IMG/VR virus record: IMGVR_UViG_3300031519_000154
Location: 1-29,000 of that record
DNA: 29,000 bases
Strand: one strand, 5' to 3'
From: a virus
Lineage: Duplodnaviria; Caudoviricetes
The notes beneath the pieces were generated by a model. It made no database searches. It saw nothing but the letters and a program-made list of their open reading frames with translations, and was not told where the DNA came from. The position numbers and the translations under genes are program-made. Shown here piece by piece: positions 16,616-24,272 of the stretch. Within the stretch, counting starts at the first letter, position 1; each line of letters opens with the position of its first letter.

Positions 16616-18415
16616 ATGAAGTGGGCATTTACCTTAATAGGCTTACTTACATTGCCTCTCCTCTTCAACCTTGCATCATTAGAAGTAATGAGACTCAAGA
16701 CCTTTGATGCTCTTGTTACAACTCCGGAACCTACCGGATACTTTTCAATACTTAATATAGACGAACAATTCCTAGATGACCAAGGTGGATATCCTCTGCC
16801 TAGAGAAACACTTGCAAAGATTCACAAAGATATAATAGATGCTGGTGCTCTTGGTGTTGGTTGGGTTATGTTATTTCCACATCCAGATAGAATGGGTGGT
16901 GATGATGAGTTTTCTATACAACTTGCAAACTCTCCAAGTGTTATAGCTATGCCGGAAATATCCAACGGGTTATATCCTCCTACTGTAGGTACAGTTATCA
17001 AAGGACCAATAGTATCTTTACCAAAAGCTCAAGGCTTTTTACAGAACATAGATGTATTAAAAGAATCAGCCAATCAAGGTGCTATATCTGCACCAGTAGA
17101 CATAGATAATTTAGTAAGGCGTATACCTTTATTACAACAAACAAATAATGGGTGGGTAGCTTCGTTTGGAACAGAAGTTTTAAAAATACTAGGAGGTGGT
17201 CAGACTTATCAGATTGTAACAAATCAGAATGGAATTGAACAGGTTAGAGTTAGAGGCATCCCTCCCATTTCTACAGATAGCCTTGGTCGTAAGTGGATTA
17301 GTTGGGTTGATACACCACAGACAACACTAGAAGAATTAAATGTACAGAATAAATTTGTGTTTGTAGGTTTTACTGCAAAGGGAATATCACCACAACTTGC
17401 AACACCTAACGGACTGTTAGAGCCTCACAAAATACAAGCAGCTTTGTCTGAAAGTATGTTGATGGACACACCACAAATACCAGACTACAGATTGTTTATT
17501 GAGCTTCTTATATTATGCTTCTCTGGCTTACTCACAGCCCTTGCAATCAACTATCTTGGTATCACTAAGGGCGTAGTATCGTTCTTAATAATGTTAGTAG
17601 GTATGGGATATTTTGAATACCACTTTGTTACTAATAATTTACTAATAGACTTTACATGGAGTATGACATGTATGACACTTTTAGCTACACAACAATTTTA
17701 TATAAACTTTAGAACACAATTTAAATTAAGACAACAGATTAAGAAACAGTTTGGTACTTATCTTTCTCCGGATATGGTATCTATGTTACAAAAGAATCCA
17801 GAGCTTTTAAAGTTAGGAGGAGAGAGAAAAGAGATGACGTTTTTATTTACTGACATCATGGGTTTTACTCCAGTATCAGAAGTTTTTAAAAACAAAGATG
17901 ACCCTGAAGGATTGGTAGAACTAATCAATACTTATCTTGATACAATGACAAAGATTATATTAGCTAACGGTGGCACAATAGATAAGTATATGGGTGATTG
18001 TATTATGGCTTTTTGGAATGCTCCATTAGCCTGTGATAATCATGCTGAACTAGCTATCAAGTCTGCTATAGAAATAGAACAAGCTACAATAGAACTTAAC
18101 AAACAGTTTGAAGAACAAGAGCTAGGACTACCACCTATAAATGTAGGGACAGGAGTAAACTCTGGTACTTGTATTGTTGGTAACATGGGAAGTGAGACAC
18201 GCTTTGATTACTCTGTCGTAGGAGATGCAGTAAACCTAAGTGCTAGACTTGAGGCTACTGCTGGTAGAAACGATTATAAACAATGGAAGATAATAATATC
18301 TGAATATACTAAAGAGTTAGCAGGAGATTGTTTTGATTATGAAAAGATAGATAGTATATTAGTAAAAGGTAAGTCAGAACCTATTACAATTTACTTTCCT
18401 ACTTCAAAGAGTTGA
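16616..18415 (+). CDS. CHASE2 sensor + 3TM + class III adenylate cyclase
   Basis: AGGAG RBS; N-terminal TM; CHASE2 motifs (ILNIDE, LFP.PDR, D.DNLVRRIPL, VFVG.TA.G...TP.G); three TM helices; catalytic FTDI.GFT, IDKYMGD, GNMGS..RFDYSVVGDAVNL.ARLE, VKGK. Confidence 0.93.
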   Translation: MKWAFTLIGLLTLPLLFNLASLEVMRLKTFDALVTTPEPTGYFSILNIDEQFLDDQGGYPLPRETLAKIHKDIIDAGALGVGWVMLFPHPDRMGGDDEFSIQLANSPSVIAMPEISNGLYPPTVGTVIKGPIVSLPKAQGFLQNIDVLKESANQGAISAPVDIDNLVRRIPLLQQTNNGWVASFGTEVLKILGGGQTYQIVTNQNGIEQVRVRGIPPISTDSLGRKWISWVDTPQTTLEELNVQNKFVFVGFTAKGISPQLATPNGLLEPHKIQAALSESMLMDTPQIPDYRLFIELLILCFSGLLTALAINYLGITKGVVSFLIMLVGMGYFEYHFVTNNLLIDFTWSMTCMTLLATQQFYINFRTQFKLRQQIKKQFGTYLSPDMVSMLQKNPELLKLGGERKEMTFLFTDIMGFTPVSEVFKNKDDPEGLVELINTYLDTMTKIILANGGTIDKYMGDCIMAFWNAPLACDNHAELAIKSAIEIEQATIELNKQFEEQELGLPPINVGTGVNSGTCIVGNMGSETRFDYSVVGDAVNLSARLEATAGRNDYKQWKIIISEYTKELAGDCFDYEKIDSILVKGKSEPITIYFPTSKS

Positions 18416-18617
18416 GTTGTCTTTGAAAGTAATCGTGAAGGTCTCCTAGTTTTTCCTTACCACTTCTAACTATTGTTTTCATTAGTGGTCTATCGTCTGG
18501 TGGAAACACATCATCAATTTTATCTTCAGGTAAAGTACTAAACTCTGTAACAATTTTATTATCTCTTGTTAGAAGTATTTTAAAACTTACTAAGTTAGCT
18601 TCTTGATTATTATTCAT
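18399..18617 (-). CDS. Hypothetical protein (72 aa), last gene of the minus arm
   Basis: Overlaps the nrdB stop by 8 nt; overlaps the cyclase 3' end convergently. Confidence 0.6.
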   Translation of the reverse strand: MNNNQEANLVSFKILLTRDNKIVTEFSTLPEDKIDDVFPPDDRPLMKTIVRSGKEKLGDLHDYFQRQLNSLK

Positions 18618-19593
18618 TACTCTCTTCTAAGTTTGCAAAGTTAATACCGTCTTGTCTTCCTCTAAGACCAGCTTTCATATAAGTAGTTGCTCTACCTTCA
18701 AAGAAGTTCTGATGCTCTACACCTGTAACCTCATCAATCCACCCAAGAGGATTCTCTCTTTGGTCATAGTTAGTTTTTAAACCAAGCTGTAGTAATCTTC
18801 TATCAGCTATGTATCTATTGTAAGCATACATATCTTTCTTAGTTAATCCTTGTATATCTCCCATATCAAACACAAGGTCTAAGAATTTATCTTCAAGCTC
18901 TACCATGTGTCTACATATTTGATATAGTTCTTTCTTAAAATCATCTGTCCATATCTCTATGTTTTCTTGTATAAACTCTCTAAATAATTTAGTCATAGCT
19001 TCAACATGCATAGACTCATCACGTATAGAGTAAGTAACTATCTGTCCCATACCTTTCATTCTACCAAACCTAGGGAAGTTTAATAAGATTGCAAAGCTAC
19101 TAAAGAGTTGTAGTCCTTCTGTAAAAGCCGAGTAAACTGCTAGGGTTTTAGCTATAGTTTCTTTCTTAGCTTTAGAAGGTTTAAAGTTTCCAACATAATC
19201 ATGTTTGTCTGCCATCTCTTCATACTCTGCAAAAGCTTTATACTCTATCTCAGGCATACCAACTGTATCAAGTAACAAACTGTAAGCATGTTGATGTATT
19301 GATTCCATGTTAGCAAAAGAACCCATCATCATTCTAGCCTCTGGCTTTTTAAATATAGGCATATACTTATCTATGTATCCGGAAGCTACATCTACATCTG
19401 ATTGAGTAAACAATCTAAATATTTGTGTTAGTAAATTCTTTTCTACTGGTGTTAGTTCTTGCCAATCTTTAACATCTGTGTGCATAGGTACAGATTCAGG
19501 CATCCAATGCATTTGATTCTGTAATACGTAGTAATCGAACATCCATGGATATTCAAAAGGTTTATAATAATCTCTAGTCTTGAGTAAACTCAC
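18610..19593 (-). CDS. nrdB: Ribonucleotide reductase class Ia beta subunit
   Basis: HW.PE.V, FTQSDVDV, MESIHQHAY (ExxH + radical Tyr), EGLQLFSSF, IRDESMH, NFFE...T.Y; GTG start with AGGAG RBS. Confidence 0.96.
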   Translation of the reverse strand: MSLLKTRDYYKPFEYPWMFDYYVLQNQMHWMPESVPMHTDVKDWQELTPVEKNLLTQIFRLFTQSDVDVASGYIDKYMPIFKKPEARMMMGSFANMESIHQHAYSLLLDTVGMPEIEYKAFAEYEEMADKHDYVGNFKPSKAKKETIAKTLAVYSAFTEGLQLFSSFAILLNFPRFGRMKGMGQIVTYSIRDESMHVEAMTKLFREFIQENIEIWTDDFKKELYQICRHMVELEDKFLDLVFDMGDIQGLTKKDMYAYNRYIADRRLLQLGLKTNYDQRENPLGWIDEVTGVEHQNFFEGRATTYMKAGLRGRQDGINFANLEESNE

Positions 19594-19795
19594 GGAAATT
19601 CTCCTGTAATATAGTTAATAGTTCTGATGCTTCAGCATAATCTTTTAGTAATTTATCTATTGTCTCAACAAAGTTAGGGTGGTCAGCCACACCTATTTGG
19701 TAATCAAATAAAACATCTAAGTTTGCTTTAGCTACTTGTTTGTCTGCTTCATATTTTAATTCCAAAGCACGGAATAAGTTATCTCTTATATTCAT
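19574..19795 (-). CDS. Small helical phage protein between nrdA and nrdB
   Basis: 73 aa, Y.A....A.AN......IGVADHP...E pattern; fits the operon spacing. Confidence 0.65.
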   Translation of the reverse strand: MNIRDNLFRALELKYEADKQVAKANLDVLFDYQIGVADHPNFVETIDKLLKDYAEASELLTILQENFREFTQD

Positions 19796-19798
19796 ATG

Positions 19799-21694
19799 TT
19801 ATCCTTCACATGCGATACATTCTGTATCTTCTAAATTAATTCTAGGTACTTTAACATTTACATTCTCTACTGTACGAGCAGCATTTGAACGGAAGTAGTA
19901 AAGCGATTTAAGTTTCTTCATACCATACCAGTGAACATCATTAACATACTGCATGTATTCATCGTGTGTTTCTTGAGGCTCTGTTGCTTTAGGTAAAGTA
20001 AAGAAAAGATTAACCGATTGTGCTTGACACACAAACTGTTGTCTTTGATGGGCGTGTTCTATAATCCATATTTGATTTAGTTCATTAGCTGTTTTAAATA
20101 TTTCTTTCTCTGCATCTGTAAGAATATCTAAGTGTTGTACCGAACCTTCGCTACCTGATATATCTTTCCAAATATCTTCAAGCTCTTTAACTTTTAATCC
20201 TTTAGATTTTAAAACTTTTTCCAAATATTTATTCTTAACTTGGTAGCTCCCTGATAAAGTCTTATGAGTATAGCAGTTAGCCCTATAAGGCTCAATACTA
20301 GGGGAAGTACCACTACATATAATACCACTACTAGCATTAGGAGCAATAGCCATGAGATTAGCATTTCGCTTCCCTGTACCATGGATGTCAGGAGCCTCGC
20401 CCCTTTGTATAGCCAACTCTTTAGTTGCTTCCTTGGCTCTAGCTTTGATAAAGGTGAAAGCTCTATGATTAAAACCAGTTGCGAATATTCCCTCGAAAGG
20501 TATGTTCTTAGACTGGAGATACGCATGAAAGCCCATCGCACCGAGTCCGAGACTTCTCTCTCTATATGCCGAATACGCAGATTTAGTAAATCCTTCTTTA
20601 CCTTCTCTAACATACTTCTGAAATCTTTTAAAGTTTGCACTATACTCTCCCAGTTGTGTTGTATCTATAGCATTGTCAATGTAATGTTGTAATACATTGT
20701 CAAGCATAGTTATTAAGTCTTGTATAAAGTTATCGTCCTTTGACCACTTATCAAAATGTTCTAAGTTTACTGAAGACAAACAACATACTGCTGTTCTTTC
20801 TTCGTTAGTAGGTAATGTAATCTCTGAACATAAGTTACTTTGTTTAATACTTAACCCTAAATCTTTTTGTTCTTTAGATAAAGCATTGTTACATGTATCT
20901 ATATTAATCATGTAAGGTTCGCCTGTCTCTGCTCTAGCATGTATAATCTGCCACCATATATCTCTAGCGTTTACTGTCTTAACAGCTTCGTTAGTCTTAG
21001 GGTCTATCAATCTCCAGTCTTCATCTTTTTCAACAGCATTTAAAAATGCATTAGATATGTTGATACCATTATGTAGATTAAGATTCTTTCTGTTGATATC
21101 ACCACCAGATTCTTTACGCATGTTTATAAACTCTTCTATCTCTGGGTGGCTTATGTCCATATAAGCAGCATAACTTCCTCGTCTTGTAGTGCCTTGATTA
21201 AAGGCTAACATCTGAGAATCAACTACATGCATGAAAGGGATTGAACCAGTAGACTTACTACCGTGAGCAGTAGAAATACCATTGCTTCTAATGTCGCCCC
21301 AATATCCACCAATACCTCCACCTGAACTCGCCAACCATATGTTTTCATCATAATGAGAAGATAGACCAGTCCTACTGTCAGGTACATAATTGAGAAAACA
21401 GCTGATAGGAAGACCCCTTGTTGTACCCCCATTACTAAGTATAGGAGTGCTGAACATGAACCAACGGTGGGAACAGTAATCATAAAGTCTTTGAGCAAGT
21501 TCAAAATCAGTTTCACCTTTGAAGGTGGCTCCGAATACGGAGGCTCTTGCGAATGCTTCTTGTGCATGTGTTTCATTCTCCCAAAAGTATCTATCTTTTA
21601 ATGTGTCTATACTAAACTTATCAAATGTTTTTTCTCTGTCATAGTCTATATCAATACCTAAATAAGGTTTCTTCCCTACTTTATCTTCAATCAT
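19799..21694 (-). CDS. nrdA: Ribonucleotide reductase class Ia alpha subunit (no N-terminal ATP cone)
   Basis: STPILSN, ISCFL, SNLCSEI, AVCCLSS, AIAPNASS, SLYY, C-terminal CIAC. Confidence 0.96.
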   Translation of the reverse strand: MIEDKVGKKPYLGIDIDYDREKTFDKFSIDTLKDRYFWENETHAQEAFARASVFGATFKGETDFELAQRLYDYCSHRWFMFSTPILSNGGTTRGLPISCFLNYVPDSRTGLSSHYDENIWLASSGGGIGGYWGDIRSNGISTAHGSKSTGSIPFMHVVDSQMLAFNQGTTRRGSYAAYMDISHPEIEEFINMRKESGGDINRKNLNLHNGINISNAFLNAVEKDEDWRLIDPKTNEAVKTVNARDIWWQIIHARAETGEPYMINIDTCNNALSKEQKDLGLSIKQSNLCSEITLPTNEERTAVCCLSSVNLEHFDKWSKDDNFIQDLITMLDNVLQHYIDNAIDTTQLGEYSANFKRFQKYVREGKEGFTKSAYSAYRERSLGLGAMGFHAYLQSKNIPFEGIFATGFNHRAFTFIKARAKEATKELAIQRGEAPDIHGTGKRNANLMAIAPNASSGIICSGTSPSIEPYRANCYTHKTLSGSYQVKNKYLEKVLKSKGLKVKELEDIWKDISGSEGSVQHLDILTDAEKEIFKTANELNQIWIIEHAHQRQQFVCQAQSVNLFFTLPKATEPQETHDEYMQYVNDVHWYGMKKLKSLYYFRSNAARTVENVNVKVPRINLEDTECIACEG

Positions 21695-21948
21695 TCTTCT
21701 TCCTGTAAATGTAATGTTATTATAGCATAGTGTATTATCTTTAATAGTTCTGCTTTCTTGTTATCTTTCTTGCCATATCTCATAGCATACTTCATTATGT
21801 TTCCAACACAAAAACTTTCTCCGTGTCCAGCATCTATAATCATATCAGTTGCTTGGTACTTGCCATTACCGTAATGAGCATCGTAAGTTTTATCTATGTA
21901 AGTTTTTATTTCTTTTAAAGTTTTATCTTCGCTAAACTTGTATGTCAT
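21691..21948 (-). CDS. DUF3310 / T7 gp1.7-like putative nucleotide kinase
   Basis: HY....Q..D.I......FCVGNIMKY..RYGKK....ELLK..HY; start moved to ATG 21948 (GAGGA RBS), removing most of the overlap with the endonuclease gene. Confidence 0.75.
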   Translation of the reverse strand: MTYKFSEDKTLKEIKTYIDKTYDAHYGNGKYQATDMIIDAGHGESFCVGNIMKYAMRYGKKDNKKAELLKIIHYAIITLHLQEEE

Positions 21949-22372
21949 TTCTCCATTCCTCCGGTAATGTTTCTTCACTATACCATCTAAAATTGTTTGA
22001 CTCTGCCCATTCAGCATGACTTCTCTTAGTTCCATCTTTTCTTTTCTTAGCCTGTGGCATAGGAGCATAAGGTTTTTGGAACAAGAAGACTAACTCCATA
22101 TCTTTAGGTAATGCTTCTCTTACGTGTATGTACTTACTATACTCTGCATAGTCCCAGAACCTACCTTTAGCTTCAAGTAAAATAGTTTTATCATCTATTG
22201 TCTTTACAAAGTCTGGCTCGTATCTATGCCTAACAATGTAATCTATTTTTTCCCAATGATGTTTCCAATCTTTAAGAATAGTTTGATGTATATCATATTC
22301 CCACCTACTATCATATCCTTTAGGGACATTTACTTTCTTAGGTCTGGGTTTTCTAGGTACTCTTTTAGGCAT
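21932..22372 (-). CDS. T7 endonuclease I-like Holliday junction resolvase
   Basis: YDS.WE, Y.PDF, LEAKGRF, LVFLF, WAE...F.W. Confidence 0.82.
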   Translation of the reverse strand: MPKRVPRKPRPKKVNVPKGYDSRWEYDIHQTILKDWKHHWEKIDYIVRHRYEPDFVKTIDDKTILLEAKGRFWDYAEYSKYIHVREALPKDMELVFLFQKPYAPMPQAKKRKDGTKRSHAEWAESNNFRWYSEETLPEEWRNDIQV

Positions 22373-22613
22373 TTAGTTCTTCTAAGGTTATGTTAGGATT
22401 TCTCTTAACTTTCTTAACGAACCACCTTAGACTGTAAGCACTTAACATAAATTTATTGTTAGCAAAGATGTGTGTTTGCTCTGGTAAAAATTCATGTAAG
22501 TTTTTCTTAGTAATTTTAGTAGCGTCTTCACCTTCAGGAACCATAGTCCTAATCCATTCTATTAATAAAGATTCTGCTTTTCTTCTTATTACTTTAGACT
22601 TTCTTTGATTCAT
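22365..22613 (-). CDS. Hypothetical protein (82 aa)
   Basis: Short overlaps with both neighbours; no recognised motif. Confidence 0.6.
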   Translation of the reverse strand: MNQRKSKVIRRKAESLLIEWIRTMVPEGEDATKITKKNLHEFLPEQTHIFANNKFMLSAYSLRWFVKKVKRNPNITLEELNA

Positions 22614-23412
22614 AATTCTTTACCAACTTCCAATAATTTAAAATACTATTAAACATTTCTGTATGTTTTTTCTGTGTGTCTCTATCCCATATATGACAAG
22701 CTATTAGTTCATTGTCTTCTCTATCAACAAAGATAGATACTCTTTCAACATCATCGTAACCACAACCTTGTGCGTAAGCAGACAACTGCATACCATGTTC
22801 ATCATATACTAACTTAGCTGGGTCTTTACCTTCTAAGTTATCTTTAGTTTTAAAGTCTACAAAGATACCGGACTTAGAATATAAATCTATCTTACCACCA
22901 TAGCCTAAGTCAGCACAGAAAGAATCCTCTGCTATCCACTCTTCATCAGGAAACTTATCATCTAAGTAATTCTTAATAACACAATAAGTTTCTGTATTCT
23001 CTTCACCAAGAAAACCACGTTCAATCATGGCATGAATCTTAGTACCTTTCTTTGCAGCTTCTTGTCCTATTCTTTTAGAGTCTTGCTTACACCTGTATGC
23101 AAACTCTTCTATAGATTCTAAAGGGTCTTTCTCTAAAGTTAAAGCAGAGTTAAGTGCTTGATTTATTTTCCAATTCTCTAATGATGGTTTAGCTATCATA
23201 CCAAGAATGGTAGTGACAGAGGGTACTAGGTTATCTTTCTTAGCATCTCTAAGAGTAGTGTTTCTTTCCTTACCATTAGCACCTATGACTGTGTACATTG
23301 GGTCTCCCTCTTGGGTATACCAATGACCAGATTCAGCTGTTATTTTCTTAGCCGACAGTTTATTATATACTTCTTGAGTAGATGTGTCAAGTGTTTCTTT
23401 ATTTTTTTTCAT
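22594..23412 (-). CDS. PD-(D/E)XK exonuclease (RecB/lambda-exonuclease-like)
   Basis: PSVTTILG, GT.IH, YGGKIDL, VDFKT, QLSAYA. Confidence 0.85.
   Translation of the reverse strand: MKKNKETLDTSTQEVYNKLSAKKITAESGHWYTQEGDPMYTVIGANGKERNTTLRDAKKDNLVPSVTTILGMIAKPSLENWKINQALNSALTLEKDPLESIEEFAYRCKQDSKRIGQEAAKKGTKIHAMIERGFLGEENTETYCVIKNYLDDKFPDEEWIAEDSFCADLGYGGKIDLYSKSGIFVDFKTKDNLEGKDPAKLVYDEHGMQLSAYAQGCGYDDVERVSIFVDREDNELIACHIWDRDTQKKHTEMFNSILNYWKLVKNYESKKV
23362..23390 (-). promoter_or_regulatory. Perfect-consensus sigma70 promoter inside the exonuclease 5' end
   Basis: Minus strand TTGACA-catctactcaagaagta(17)-TATAAT. Confidence 0.75.
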
Positions 23413-23818
23413 CTTCTGATTCCTTAAATGCTTTTATAACGTCTGATGAGAATAACTTTTGGAGATTAACTAAGAACATTTTACTAGCGTTATGGTCACC
23501 ACCTGATACAGTTTTAAATGTATCAAGCTTATCAACTATAGTTCTAAGTACATCTGTTTTAAATACAAGGGTACAGAACTCGTTGTCTCCGACACATAAG
23601 TTATGAAACCAATAGTCTGATTCAGTTGCTCTAATACCAGATGGTTTGTTCCATGACTCATACTCTATACAGATGTTACCTGTCTTCATCCACATACCTT
23701 TCTCTGATTTAACTTCTATCTTCTTACCAGTAAGCATATCCTTTATCTTATCTTCTCTTATCTCTCCATACTCTAGGTCAATGTCAAATTTCTTTCTATC
23801 TTCTTTATTTGGTTTCAT
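23399..23818 (-). CDS. Phage protein with PD-(D/E)XK restriction-endonuclease-like motifs
   Basis: F..DL.YG...E, IEVKSE, TGNICIEYES..KPSGI.AT..DYW; start moved to ATG 23818 (AAGGA RBS). Confidence 0.65.
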   Translation of the reverse strand: MKPNKEDRKKFDIDLEYGEIREDKIKDMLTGKKIEVKSEKGMWMKTGNICIEYESWNKPSGIRATESDYWFHNLCVGDNEFCTLVFKTDVLRTIVDKLDTFKTVSGGDHNASKMFLVNLQKLFSSDVIKAFKESEDEKK

Positions 23819-24272
23819 CTTTAATTCCTTTTTCTTTATATAGTTTCTTATAAAACTTACCAACTTTTAATATCTCACTTGGGGTTGCTGAATTTTTTAT
23901 AGTGTTTGCAAGACTAGAAACAACAATACAATTATCTAATACATATCCTTTATAGTTATCTATCCTATCTATTGTAGGAGAATTTTTCCAGTCTTCTCTA
24001 CCATGAACTAATTTAATATTAAGAACCGGACATATTTCCGGAAAATGTATTTCTTTTTTTACTAAATTAAAATCCATATTTTTTTTCTTGGCTCTTGTTT
24101 TTGCATCATAAACCATACTTGCTTTGAGGTATCTGTGATTGTTATCTCTGTAGTATTTATTATAACATGTTCTACAATCGGCTCTTAGTCTACCATGCTC
24201 TCTCTTAGAAAAAAATTCTTCAGTGTATTCTTTTTCTATACCACATTTAGTACAAGCTTTAGTGTGTTTCAC
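23805..24272 (-). CDS. Zn-finger + HNH-family endonuclease, probable free-standing homing endonuclease
   Basis: CTKC...CRTC, CPVL, SPTIDRIDN.KGY..DN..VVS..AN..K; immediately after the DNA polymerase; GTG start. Confidence 0.78.
   Translation of the reverse strand: MKHTKACTKCGIEKEYTEEFFSKREHGRLRADCRTCYNKYYRDNNHRYLKASMVYDAKTRAKKKNMDFNLVKKEIHFPEICPVLNIKLVHGREDWKNSPTIDRIDNYKGYVLDNCIVVSSLANTIKNSATPSEILKVGKFYKKLYKEKGIKDETK

Noticed and set aside
550-16698. Minus-strand ORFs opposite the structural/cassette genes (550-834, 855-1061, 1227-1430, 2279-2527, 3987-4445, 4682-5152, 8101-8385, 10558-10755, 13201-13530, 13605-13796, 14834-15082, 15786-16052, 16504-16698)
   Set aside because: Antisense shadows of well-supported genes; no recognisable motifs; expected from codon bias.
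16616-18415. Pycsar/CBASS-type defence cyclase
   Set aside because: CHASE2-TM receptor architecture, adenine-specifying residues and no adjacent cNMP-binding effector.
22594-23412. Cas4 / CRISPR association
   Set aside because: No four-Cys Fe-S pattern, no cas genes and no repeat-spacer array seen in the window.
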